DNA from: Mytilus edulis | Lineage: Eukaryota | Assembly (NCBI RefSeq): GCF_963676685.1 | Contig: NC_092346.1 | Coordinates: forward strand, 88,660,001 to 88,724,000 | Direction of reading: 5' to 3' | DNA length: 64,000 bases | Part shown: positions 1 to 11,040 of the stretch, in pieces | Layout of the letters: each line of letters opens with the position of its first letter | Position numbering within the stretch: position 1 is the stretch's first letter | The notes under the pieces: model-generated | The model's input: the letters and a program-made list of their open reading frames with translations, nothing else | The model's database searches: none | What the model was told of the DNA's origin: nothing | Program-made: the position numbers and the translations under genes

Positions 1-419
1 TCAGTCTAGTAGCTATGCATGGTTTTGTCTTATAACATGTTACTTTTATTTAAAAAGGATCTGACAGCCAATACGCCCTTCAAAGTATGGAACATCTCCT
101 TTTAAAATATGGAACATATTCTTTTAAACTCCATTTAGAACACAAATGAGTATGATATGTGCCACTGGACGTTTTAAGCAATCAGCAATCAATCAAATGA
201 GTATGTTAATTTGTGCATCATTGTAATTTTGCTTAGTTGCTTATGTTACCTTTTCTGAAATCACACTTGGGCTTTTTTAAAACTAAGTTTTATTGTACGT
301 ATTACGGTGTGTGGTTTTTTCTACATTGGCGAAAGGTAAAAGGGGGGGGGGGGGTGATATCTCACAAAACAGTTGTGTCTATTACAAGTCAGGAACCTCT
401 GACGATTGTTTGTGTTGTA

Positions 420-640
420 TTGTTTTTTTAGTTTTAGCTTATTTATATGTTTTGGAGTTTAGTATTACGTCCATTATTACTGAACTAGTACATATTTTTG
501 TTTAGGAGCCAGCTGAAGCACACCTCCGGGTGCGGGATTTTCTCAATGTATCGAAGACCCATTGGTGACCTTCCGCTGTTTTTTGCTCTTTGGTCGGGTT
601 GTACCTTTGGCACATTACCCATTTCCATTCTCAATTTTAA
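420..640. repeat. Dispersed interspersed repeat fragment (SINE/retroelement-tail-like); related copy at ~11628-11740
   Basis: gaagacccattggtgaccttc...ggtcgggttgt...ccatttccattctcaattt is shared with the degenerate copy near 11650-11740. Confidence 0.45.
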
Positions 641-829
641 TTTTATAAGTTTTCCGCTACCTACACAGCGACAATGTTGTGCAAATTGTATTCTTTGCAT
701 AAAGAGACAAAATTTCCTGGTAATTAGGGTGTTCTTTTTCACAAAACTACAATTTCCAGTGGCCAACAATAAAAGTTGTACAGCTTTATATTTGCTATTT
801 AATTAACTGCGGCCATGTTTGAAATCCAG

Positions 830-988
830 TTATTTTCTAAATTCTCTTCGTTCAAACGAACATAAATTATTTATGTACTAGACTATATAATTTCTATATC
901 CCTCGGCCCAATCTGTTTCTTATCTCATTCATAATATAAATAACTAAAACACTAGTTTTAGAACTTGTCAGGCACGATGACCATTCTC
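830..988 (-). repeat. Split direct repeat B2 (element 3' terminus)
   Basis: Matches 1373-1531 (ttattttctaaattctcttcg...gatgaccattctc). Confidence 0.92.
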
Positions 989-1199
989 TTTTATATAATA
1001 TAAAATAATTTCAATACATGTTTATCATATGATAACAAATTACAAATGTTTGTAATTGTGTAAATACAGTCCACATCTCAGAATAAGTCCTCTGTTTAAA
1101 TAAACTAAAAAAGGTTGCCTCAACAATCTACAAAAAACAATCAAAAAATGTTACAAAAAGTATTTAATACTGTTTTCGAATATATATGTGCTTAAGTAT

Positions 1200-1531
1200 A
1201 ACTAACAAAAACTACGTGTGTACATGCGAATGGTCAACGCCCTGATCGATAATTTCAAATCGAGTCCACCGTATTTAAATACACTCGGGTTCATAAAACC
1301 TGTTACAATTCTATTGTTATATTAATAGAATTATCATACGATAAAATTCTTCCGCCACGTACATAAATATATTTATTTTCTAAATTCTCTTCGTTCAAAC
1401 GAACATAAATTATTTATGTACTAGACTATATAATTTCTATATCCCTCGGCCCAATCTGTTTCTTATCTCATTCATAATATAAATAACTAAAACACTAGTT
1501 TTAGAACTTGTCAGGCACGATGACCATTCTC
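1200..1531 (-). repeat. Internal B1/A2 junction of the split direct repeats
   Basis: 1200-1372 matches 5591-5763 and directly abuts 1373-1531, which matches 830-988. This reproduces the circle junction of the element. Confidence 0.92.
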
Positions 1532-1565
1532 GATTGTACAAAGAAAGAAATTGCAGTAATAAATC

Positions 1566-2585
1566 TTATAAACCTAAAGATTTTGAAACTAATAAGCGTT
1601 TTTTCAAATTGTCGCTTATGTAACTGTCTTTCGCAATATCAGATTTCCACCTTCCGTGAATCTTTAATAATCTATCCGAGACACCAGAGTTACTAGCGGC
1701 TGAGCAACCGCCTGCCCTAAAACTATGTGTACCAAAAATTCTTGCGTTTAAACCTATTTCTGATAGAGCCCCTTTTACAATCTCTCTAGTCCTAGTATAA
1801 GATAGTTGTATATTCTTTTTTCTCAGCTTACAGTTTTTTGTACTTTTACAATACGATAAAGCTCTGAACACAAAATCATCTGAGGACCTGTCTATTTTAG
1901 CTTTGTCTAAATAATCACTTAAAATTCTAACAGTACAGTGTTCTTGATCAAGTTTAGCTATCAAAACGTTTTTTCCTTTTCTATAACAATCGGTTTTGCT
2001 ACTCTCAATAAAAATATCAATATGATCGTTTCCGAATGTAATGTTCTTAGCTCTAATCTGACATAATTCGCTGTACCTTAAAAATCCTGAATAAGCCAGA
2101 AAACACATAGCTAATAATCTAAGATTTTTTAACGAACTATTTGTACCGCCAAATTTCTTAAAAAGACTGATCATGATGTTTGCATTCATCGGTTCTTTTT
2201 TCTGAATAGGCCTATTAAGCTTTCTTTTAGATGCCTCCACAATACATTTAACTATATCCGAGGCGCATGGGTCTTCAAACCCAGCTAAACTGTGAGCCCA
2301 CTTTATAGCGTAACATGCAGCTTCTATAGTACTGTAGTGTTTAGCACTTTGCATTAGATATTGAAGATATAAACTGACATAAATTTCGTTGGCAGGAAGG
2401 ACAGACTTGATTTCTGTATACTTTTCAGACCACACTACAAAACGTTTAAAACTGTAAGCATATTTAACAGTTGTATTTCTGGCTTTAGAGTCAATAACTG
2501 AATTCTTCATTTTTCTGAACAAAATCTTAAGTTCTGTGTGCTTTACTTGTGTGTCATTTTTCCAAAATCCCGTTGAAAATATTTT
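1566..2585 (-). CDS. Tyrosine recombinase (YR) of the DIRS/Ngaro element; 5' end probably defined by a splice acceptor rather than an ATG
   Basis: ORF 1566-2522 has the catalytic set GFLR-x-SEL, SKTD, THSFRAGG, HGRWKS and SY. The frame stays open upstream to a tttacAG at 2586. Confidence 0.9.
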   Translation of the reverse strand, partial: KIFSTGFWKNDTQVKHTELKILFRKMKNSVIDSKARNTTVKYAYSFKRFVVWSEKYTEIKSVLPANEIYVSLYLQYLMQSAKHYSTIEAACYAIKWAHSLAGFEDPCASDIVKCIVEASKRKLNRPIQKKEPMNANIMISLFKKFGGTNSSLKNLRLLAMCFLAYSGFLRYSELCQIRAKNITFGNDHIDIFIESSKTDCYRKGKNVLIAKLDQEHCTVRILSDYLDKAKIDRSSDDFVFRALSYCKSTKNCKLRKKNIQLSYTRTREIVKGALSEIGLNARIFGTHSFRAGGCSAASNSGVSDRLLKIHGRWKSDIAKDSYISDNLKKRLLVSKSLGL

Positions 2586-2834
2586 CTGTAAAATAATTAT
2601 AAATTAAATAAATATTTACCTTGAAATATGCGTAACTGCTCAGCATACATCAAACAGAAAAACAGGTCCAGTGACCATAACTATACCCAGTGGTATCTAC
2701 AGACCCTGTGGCCCCAAAAATATCGTCAAATGACACAATATATACATCAATCAGCTTCTGTAAGCCAACATCTCTGAATAGAGAACCTCCAGTAAGAAAA
2801 ATCTGCAAAAAATAGTAAAAAGTTATCACAAAAA

Positions 2835-4991
2835 TCAATCAGTAGCTTTCAAACGAACAGCTAAAATTCTACCTTTGAATTTTCCGTTTGCAAAGATAGA
2901 ATTTACATTGTTTCCAGAAACTAAAATTCTGTCTACCTCGTTAAATTCGAGCACATCTAACACGTAAGGTCTGTATTCTGTATTTTCATCAAAAATTAAT
3001 GGCCAGTAAGGAGACGACGGCCAACTCGGAACTATCAGTGTTCCCTCTGCTTTGCATCTAACCAAGTGGTTTATGCACTTACAAACTAAAGACACAGGTG
3101 GTACTAATAGATTGTTTTCTTGTGCCCAGTGGCACGAGAAAGCGTCTACTGCTGAGGAACCAGGGTTCCAGTACAACGAACTAAATTTATCTACTTTGTT
3201 ATTGTCCATATTGGCAAACCTGTCGAAGGTATGAGGACCCCAGAGGTCGTCTAAAAACTGAAAATACTCTGAAGAAATACCCCAGTCATCAATATCTATA
3301 ATCCGACTTAATAAATCAGCCTGCTCGTTCTCTTTTCTGGGTAACCAGATAATGTGTAATGTAATGTTTTCAAGTAAACAACACCTATAAATTTCTAAAG
3401 ACAACTGTTGTAACTCTTGTACTTTGCTACCTTTATTTATGATGCTAACAGCATTCTTGTTATCTGTGTGAAAAGTCACGATACTGTTTTATAAGAGTTT
3501 TGAAAAGGCACTGACACATAACTGAATTGCTTTTACTTCTCGCCAAGTAGAACTCCTACCTCTCTCAGTTTCTAACCACATTTTGTGCAAAATTTTTGTT
3601 GAATTTTGTATGAAACCAGCAGCGCCCGTGTCGCTAGCGTCTGTGAAAATATGAAAATTTGAAATGTTCTTTACCAGATCAACCGCCTTTAGTAAAGGCA
3701 AATTATCTCTCCAGAAAATAAGCTCATTGATACAATCAGGATACTTGCCGATGTTTACATATTGATCCCAATAGTCTCTTATATTAATGACTGAAAAAAT
3801 GTTTCTTGTCATGATCTGGGTAACATTACCTACTGCTGGTGTTAAAGCAATTAACTTACCACAGATTTTGGCCAACTGTCGTACCTTTACCCTGTAACTA
3901 GAATTTAGTATAAAAGCTACCAAATTCAATATATCATCTATTTTTCTTTGAGGAATTTGCAATTTGCAATAAATTAAATTCCAAGAAAAACCTAACCACT
4001 CAACGTGCTGTGAAGGTAACCATACACACTTGTCTTTGTTTGGCACAAAACCAGAAGCAATCAAGTCTGCTTTGATTCTTCGAGCGTGTTTTACACATAG
4101 TTCATAACTAACTTCGACCCCAAAACCATCATCTAAATAAACAGCTACCTTTATGCTAGATTTACGCCAGTGCTTTACCAATTGTCTCACAGTTTTAGTA
4201 AATATATACCCGCTGGAACTTAAACCAAATGGCAACACAGTAAAAACATAAAATTCTCCTTTCCACGAAAACCCTAAATACTTTTGATGTTGTTCAAAAA
4301 TGTTTAAGTGGTGATATCCCGCCTTCAAATCAAAGACATATCCGTAACAATTCAAAGTAACATATTGTGATAAAGTTTTCCAATCTTCGAATTTAACTTT
4401 GTTTACAATCACTTGTTTATTTACATGTCTTAAATCTAAAATCAATCTGTGTTTACCTTTACCATTAACTGAAACAGTTAAAGGGTTAACTACGTGTGGC
4501 ATAATTGATACACGTTTTACTAAACCGCCCAATACAAGCTCTTTAACTGCACTTGAAACAAAATCTGAATGCTCTAACGCAGATTTATTATTTTTAGAAT
4601 ACATATTTTCAGGCTCTTTTAACAAAGGTATTTTGTAACCATTTTCAATAATATCAACAATAAAACTCGAAGCGTTAATACTTTTCCAAAAGTTTACAGA
4701 ATTTTTAAGCCTGTCTTTAACAAAAATATCTGAACAACCCTTTTCATATTCAAAATAAGATTCATAAACATCTTGTACCTGTAAAGTGTCCGTATGAGCG
4801 CTGAAGTCCTTATGAAGTTCCTCTGGGAGCTCCAAATCCAGTCTTGGTGTCTTTTTTGCAGTCGGATGCCCAATGTCCAAATAATCCACACCTGAAACAC
4901 ATATCTCCTTCCCTGGACCTTTTGACCTGGTTTCCGTAACCAGGTCTGCTCCCACGAAAGGGCGGCATGCTGACAGAAACTGGAATTGCAT
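2835..4991 (-). pseudogene. DIRS pol (RT, RNase H, methyltransferase-like domain) interrupted by an in-frame TAA at 3489-3491
   Basis: RT motifs LILDLR, FDLKAGYHH, LPFGLSSS and YLDD; RNase H FTDAS...STWRE then TDNKN after the stop; MT-like DRFA...DAF...W...VPP. ORFs 3489-4991 and 2835-3479 are in the same frame (SKLL*NSIVTFHTDN). Confidence 0.88.
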
Positions 4992-5559
4992 TATGAGCTG
5001 TTTGCGATGTAGAACCGGAAGCTTCAGCTGGTCTTTTTCGTACGTTCTGCTTCTTGTCTGCAGATTTTACGGACTTTAACTTTTTCACCGCCCGGGTATC
5101 AGCTGCCCTTATCTTCTTTTCGTCCTCGGAGTCGCTGGCTAAATCATCGGACAAATATTCTTGTACGGTCTTCCACCCTCCCTCCGACTTATCAGCAATT
5201 CTTATGAGCTTGTTTCTTTTCTTTAGCGTGTTAAGAGCCTCATTCAGAATAGTTACCGCTTTATCTGACTTTTTTCTCCCTAGGTAATCCAACGCCCTCT
5301 GTACCAAGTCCTGTAAATCTACGTTCAGCTCGTACTGGACCTGATGACCCTTGAATTTGAACGAATTTTCAGCCTTTTTAACCTTCTTCTCCAAAGTATG
5401 TGTGGTATCTGTGAAAGATGTTTCAATACCCGACAGTCTAGTATCCATATATGTTTTGAGAAGCGAAAATAAATCTGCATTAGACATTTCATGCGGATTT
5501 CTAGTAGACGTACCTTGTTCACTCGCTAAATCTAAGGTTTCCTCCTCCATATCAGACAT
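4810..5559 (-). CDS. Gag-like protein of the DIRS/Ngaro element with a CCHC zinc knuckle
   Basis: CFRCGLFGHWASDC knuckle and RNKLIRIADKSEGGW segment. Likely ATG at 5559 (MSDMEEE). Overlaps the start of pol. Confidence 0.85.
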   Translation of the reverse strand: MSDMEEETLDLASEQGTSTRNPHEMSNADLFSLLKTYMDTRLSGIETSFTDTTHTLEKKVKKAENSFKFKGHQVQYELNVDLQDLVQRALDYLGRKKSDKAVTILNEALNTLKKRNKLIRIADKSEGGWKTVQEYLSDDLASDSEDEKKIRAADTRAVKKLKSVKSADKKQNVRKRPAEASGSTSQTAHNAIPVSVSMPPFRGSRPGYGNQVKRSREGDMCFRCGLFGHWASDCKKDTKTGFGAPRGTS

Positions 5560-5590
5560 TGTTAACTTAAGTCTACGGCAATACAGGTTC

Positions 5591-5763
5591 AACTAACAAA
5601 AACTACGTGTGTACATGCGAATGGTCAACGCCCTTATCGATAATTTCAAATCGAGTCCACCGTATTTAAATACACTCGGGTTCATAAAACCTGTTACAAT
5701 TCTATTGTTATATTAATAGAATTATCATACGATAAAATTCTTCCGCCACGTACATAAATATAT
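5591..5763 (-). repeat. Split direct repeat A1 (element 5' terminus)
   Basis: Matches 1200-1372 with one mismatch (ccttatc vs cctgatc). Confidence 0.92.
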
Positions 5764-6308
5764 GTATTGGTTTTAAACTAAATGGATGATTTTGGCCTAC
5801 TTTTGTTTCAATAATTGTCCCATTGGTTGATGAGAAAAGATTTCTATTTTTTGTATAGACGGGCAACAGATATCTTCTGCCAAGTGATGAGAATGAATAC
5901 CACACAATAACCCTTTTAACCAGGTGAGATAAAAAAAAAAAAAAAACACATCGAGCGACTGGAATATATTGAACAGATATTAGAATAATTTCGTTAACAT
6001 AATGCAGAACTATTGAATTTCAAAAAGTATTGCGTCGTATTGTTTTAACTGTGTTTAGAACGCACTTCTGTAATGGTGCATTATGTATACTTGTATGTAT
6101 ACCCTGTGTTCAATGTAATATAAATATTAAAGCTTTCAATTGCATGCAAGTCCAGTAACACAACACGTATATGGAATGCATATTATAAAGTTGCTGGCTT
6201 GATATCACATTTCCCCGGCTCCACTGCTTATGATTTTAAAGCCGTGTTTCTTTGAGAGAATGTTTACAGCATAGCATTATGTGTCTGTAAAATAGCTTTC
6301 AAAGGTAA

Positions 6309-9300
6309 CTATAAATATTTTTCTCTCAAAACGTCAACGTGACTCGATCCGTCTTCAACTTTACATTCATATTCTAGCCATGTCAAGGTTTGTCCCCAGT
6401 GACAATGTTCTACTTCGTTCTCACTGTAAAACTTGCACTGTAAAGTCGCAATTAGAGTATGTCCTCCTTCAAACTGCAAAGAAATGTTATTTTGTAATAA
6501 TTCTTCGGTATTGTAAGTTAATTTATTAGGTAAATAGGTCCCCTTCAAATGTCCTTTATACAAGGTCACATCAAATCAATTTTACTTAGACTGTCATCTT
6601 ATCTGCATTTACTAATGTTTCTTTGAGATCATATATCATTTTACTAGTATTTAAATAAATATTGAATATTCTTAACAGTTTTGCAATTTAACTCAACAAA
6701 AATAAAATTTTAAATGTTAAAATTAAAATAAAAATACTATAGCTCCCTCTTTCAGTTGCAATGGTTGATTAGAATTCACAAAAATAATTTCGTGTAAATA
6801 CCACTAAGAACATATTGAAAAGCATTACTTTACTTTTGCAAGCTCCATTTGTATATGTATTTACTCCTTTAGAACACTACTAAGTGAACTTACATTTCAT
6901 GAACATGGAAAGACAATGACTATAACCATTCTAGGCTTGACGCTAGGAGAAAAGCAAAACAATCTCTTACCAGAAATACTAGGGGTACATCCTTTCTCTT
7001 TTGTCGTCTACTCAGATCGTATCCTGACGTGTTAAAATGTGATGAGTATGTAATACAGTCTTCATCTTCTGTTGTCAACTCTTCGAGTTCAATGCTTTCT
7101 CCTTGTATGACAAGTTCCCTATTATAATAAAAGATATAACGAGAATTAACAAATGCATAATCTGGGGTTGTTTAAGCAGAATCTATTGAATTTTTAAAAC
7201 TTATTATTAAGGCTAACGTACCACACTTTCAAGGAGTCATAAACCACTTTGTGCATATCTTATTTATTTCTCGCCTGTTTAAAATGGCATTTACGCTTCC
7301 GCAAAAGTTTTTACAATGAACTCCAGAAAAGACGCTCTAGCCAAAAAATAGCATATTTTGTACTATCAGTAACTGAGTCTTAATCAAAATTATTCTTACG
7401 AGAAGAAAATACTCGCAAGTCATAAACATTTCAGTATAACTTACGATTGATTTCTATCATGATATATTTGTGAAAATAGTCAGGTTCCTGCAATAGAAAC
7501 GGAAAAAAGAACACCGTCACCAATTTTTTTTTCAAGTGCAGGAAAAAGAAGCCCAACTTGAAGCAAGGACAAGAACTGACGATTTCCAGACTTGTGACCG
7601 GAGCTGACAGGTGAATTGAATTAGACATTTACAGAAATGACAAAGAAACATAATGATTCCACTATACCTGTTCAGCGACATTGAACTAATATTGAAGTTA
7701 GGCAAATAGTATTGTTTGCATAGAGAGAGACCTAACATTTCCTGGTGATTATAGTTCTTTGACATAAAACTACAATTTTCAGAGCCCCCCCTCCAAAAGA
7801 AAAGAACAAAAAAAGAGCCGAGTCCAATTATATTGGACAGGCTGCTGACAGATGCCTATTCACAGGCGCGATACCACTACTGATCGACACGGGGACTTTT
7901 GCCTGCTGCGTTTCCGCCCTTGACCTGTACGTCCCTCCTTAGACAACCTGGTCTCACTGAGCTCCCTCGGTGTGCCCATATTGATACCGATTTTAGTGTG
8001 GACGCCCGCTCAACATAGAACACGGCTGAAAGCAGGACTCCTGCGAAAACAGGACTCCTGCCCTCACACCGTTCACCGACTCCGGTCTCCAGGTAGCTGG
8101 ATCACAGGAGCACGCCACAACTCCCAACCGATAAACATGTGGAAACTTTCACTATTTATACATGATCATGTTAGGTACCGATACATACCGACCGTGCAAG
8201 GGCTGTATAGCCAGTCAAGGTCGTTAAAAACTTCCATTTGTTGTACCAATACATAAACCATATTTGCATAAACGACATGTAGGTATTTAAAAAAAAAACC
8301 ATTATTTAAAACATGCAATTAAAGTGAGAAACTATAGCTATCTATTTATAATATACATGTACACGTGGCAGTGTGTCCATATGGTTACGAGTACGAAAAT
8401 TATTAGACTGAAGAAATTCAATGTCCTTATCATTAGAGTGTTATATTACTGTGAAAGAAAGAAAGAAAAAACATTGACAAAATAAGAGAGAAAAAAAGAC
8501 AAAAATACAATTTTACAAATTTTGGTGAAATTTAACGTCGAAGGGCGTCGTCGAACAGCTAAATGTGGTTATTTGCATCATTTTAAGGATGACTTTTTTA
8601 TGTTGATTTTTTTCACGGTGGATACTCGAAATTTGTCTAAAAAATATCGGGAATTGTGTTTATTGTATGCACACATGAGGCTATTCTACTACGTGTTTTG
8701 TTTGTTTTGGGTAAATTAAGAATAAGAGACTTTAATTTTGTTTTGAAAATGAGCCTGCTGTGAAATAAATACAGTAGACATTGGTACTTCCTCTTTCACA
8801 GAAAATACATAAATCTGTGATCACTAGGCTGTAGAAAGCACTTCCAAAGATGACAATTACTGCAGCAAGAGACCAATTGACACGAAAATTAACAACTATA
8901 GGTCACCGTACGACCTACAACAATGAGCAAAACCCACACCGCATATTCAGCTGTGAAAGGATCCGAAATGACAAATGTAAAACAATACGAACGAGAAAAC
9001 TCAATACGAACGAGAAAACTAACGGCCTAAATGAATGAATGAAAACAAATATGTAACACATCAACAAACGACAACCACTGAATTACAGGTTCCTGACTTG
9101 GGACAGGCACATACATTTAAAAATGTTAGCGGAATCCCAACCTTCCAAACCTTGGACAGTGGAGTAACAGTACAAAGAAGAACGAACTATAAAAGTAAGT
9201 TGAAAAAGGCTTACTCATTGGATGGATATCAAAAGAAAACACAAAGTCAAAAATTACCACAAACGTTGTTAAAAAAACATTAAAGTACTTTACAAATCGT

Positions 9301-10237
9301 TTGGACGTTCCAACCAGGATCACCAGCAATACATCTCAATATTCATACTCATTTTTGTGTAAGCAGTGATCGATTGGAACCACCTAAACGACACCACGTC
9401 TAATGTGTACACTCTCTCCACTGTTTTACTAAAGCAACTATATCAATAATGCATTCAGGCAGAGAGAGATACAAGAACATATCACAAAATTGTCACTGAA
9501 CAAATAATAGTTATGTCATTAGATGCTGTCAATTATAAAATTATATATATAGAAAATCATTTAGCTAAAAGATCACATACAAATATTTGCGAAATGACCA
9601 TGTCTGATCGTCTAATGACATCACTGAAAAATAATTTAATGACATTCAGTTGATATAATTAGAAATAATGATTATGAATACCTTTAAAAAAGAAATCTAT
9701 TGAAGTAACTTGATCAATATCAGAAGATCAATTGCTGTAGAAAATACATTTATTTTTGTATTAGACTGATGAATAGTAATGTTGTTTTAATATTCTGTCA
9801 GTTTAGAGAATCAGGAAGGTTCAAAGTGAGAGAAAAAAACATTGACCCCTTTTCTAAGTGAGATAAAAATAGATGAGTTGAATACTTGTACAAGTATGTA
9901 GGTAAAATGGTCAATGGGCGTATTATATATGTGATATCAAACACACAGTCATCAGCAATTTTAACGAGTTTATTGGGTTTTAACAAGTCCTTAAAAAAAT
10001 AATATTAACATAGAAAACATATATAAGGTAAAATATGTATATGAGTTAATAGTATGAATTAAATACTTACATCAGTTTTACGGGTGGCCGAATCACAACT
10101 TTAACTGCATACGTCGTATTGACATTTAACTTAGTTGTATGAGGTTGTATAAATCTTTGTCCATCCTGCTTTTGGTAGATAGGTTTCTCGTCTTCTTTTC
10201 TGCGAACAGATAGCCAAACTTTGAAAAAGATAGCCAT
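6309..10237 (-). CDS. CNRIP1: CB1 cannabinoid receptor-interacting protein 1 (CRIP1a) homolog, 159 aa; coding exons 10237-10071, 7118-6971, 6473-6309
   Basis: Manual splicing with GT-AG sites (phases 2 and 0) gives an open 480-nt CDS: MAIFFKVWLSVRRKEDEKPIYQKQDGQRFIQPHTTKLNVNTTYAVKVVIRPP...LQCKFYSENEVEHCHWGQTLTWLEYECK...REKYL. This matches the CRIP1a motifs K-x-DGQRF, Q-x-KFY, HC-x-WG and EYECK. Confidence 0.9.
7815..8128 (-). pseudogene. RN7SL: 7SL (SRP) RNA gene copy, probably a pseudogene
   Basis: Reverse complement of the array 7SL, but 314 vs 295 nt: a 17-bp tandem duplication, a 2-bp insertion, several substitutions, and an insertion in the upstream promoter. Confidence 0.8.
8188..8248. 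mobile_element. 61-bp inserted repeat fragment with 7-bp TSD (atacata) in the promoter of the orphan 7SL
   Basis: Absent from array units; flanked by atacata at 8181-8187 and 8249-8255; a related sequence is at 14181-14230. Confidence 0.65.
8865..9240. repeat. Abundant dispersed repeat (retroelement-derived); other copies at ~11830-11970, 18640-18890, 23590-23820 and 27305-27720
   Basis: Shared core ggtcaccgtacggccttcaacaatgagcaaa...aaacgagaaaactaacggcct...aaacgacaaccactgaatta. Confidence 0.75.
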
Positions 10238-10774
10238 TTACTCTCAGATCATAAACTCGTTGTACTTGCACACAGAGGCTGCAGTCAGACTAATCAGACC
10301 ATGATCTGTAATTTGATCGTCTGCAAATCGCTCGTGATTCTGTCTCGTGCGATTACATTTTCAATATCTACGATATTCGTCATGATGATTGTACGTTGCA
10401 TTGCTGCGTTACTAATTGATTGATTTTCCTGTAAAACAAAATTGCTTTATGATCGATGACAACTTTCTAATAAGTCAGTGATAGTTTTTCGCTCTCTGAT
10501 TGAACTCGACTGTATTCCTATTTACAACCAATTCAATATTTGTTTACATGTGACCCTAGCTTGTTCTACTATCTCATATATATCTTTGGCCGATAAGGTA
10601 ATACTTATCTTATCAAAATTATAAACATTTCTAAAAATTAAAATAAGCTTGATTTTAATAAAAATTGAATTCTTGGGGTTCTTTGATATGGTGAGTCTGA
10701 ACATGTACTTAGATTTTTGATTATGGGCCCAGTTTTCAAGTTGGTCCAAATCGGGGTCAAAAATTATTATACTA

Positions 10775-11040
10775 AGTATTGTGCAATAGCAAGAAATTTT
10801 CAATTGCGCAGTATTCTGCAATGCGCAGTATTGTTCAATAGCAAGAAATGTTCAATTGCACAGTATTGCACACTAGCAAGAAATCTCCAATTGCACAGTA
10901 TTGTGCAATAGCAAGATATTTAATTGCACAGTATTGCACAATAGCAAGAAATATCTAATTGCACAATATTGCGCAATAGCAAGAAATTTTCAATTGCACA
11001 GTATTGCCAATAGCCAGAAATATTCAATTGCACAGGATTG
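10775..11040. repeat. 35-bp minisatellite (~7 copies), probably within a Helentron-type repeat remnant (~10630-11130)
   Basis: Unit agtattgtgcaatagcaagaaattttcaattgcac, repeated with substitutions. Confidence 0.8.

Larger units (their letters stand above)
830..5763 (-). mobile_element. Tyrosine-recombinase retrotransposon (DIRS order, Ngaro/PAT-type split direct repeats), structurally full length
   Basis: Minus-strand layout A1(5763-5591)-gag-RT/RNaseH/MT-YR-B1(1531-1373)-A2(1372-1200)-spacer-B2(988-830). A copies are 173 bp with one visible mismatch; B copies are 159 bp and apparently identical. No TSD. Confidence 0.93.
7518..8823 (-). repeat. Single inverted, diverged copy of the 7SL array unit inside a CNRIP1 intron
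   Basis: Reverse complement of the 1.23-kb unit at 34.2-64 kb, including the same spacer ORF-like sequences; carries several small indels. Confidence 0.9.

Noticed and set aside
2586-2619. A 34-nt intron between the donor-like and acceptor-like sites upstream of YR
   Set aside because: Too short for a typical metazoan spliceosomal intron; the two sites are more likely used with other partners, if at all.
6474-6569. N-terminal part of the 86-aa ORF 6309-6569
   Set aside because: Intronic; CNRIP1 similarity starts only after the acceptor at 6474.
10775-11040. CRISPR-like array
   Set aside because: The units are contiguous 35-bp repeats without unique spacers, the context is eukaryotic, and there are no cas genes.
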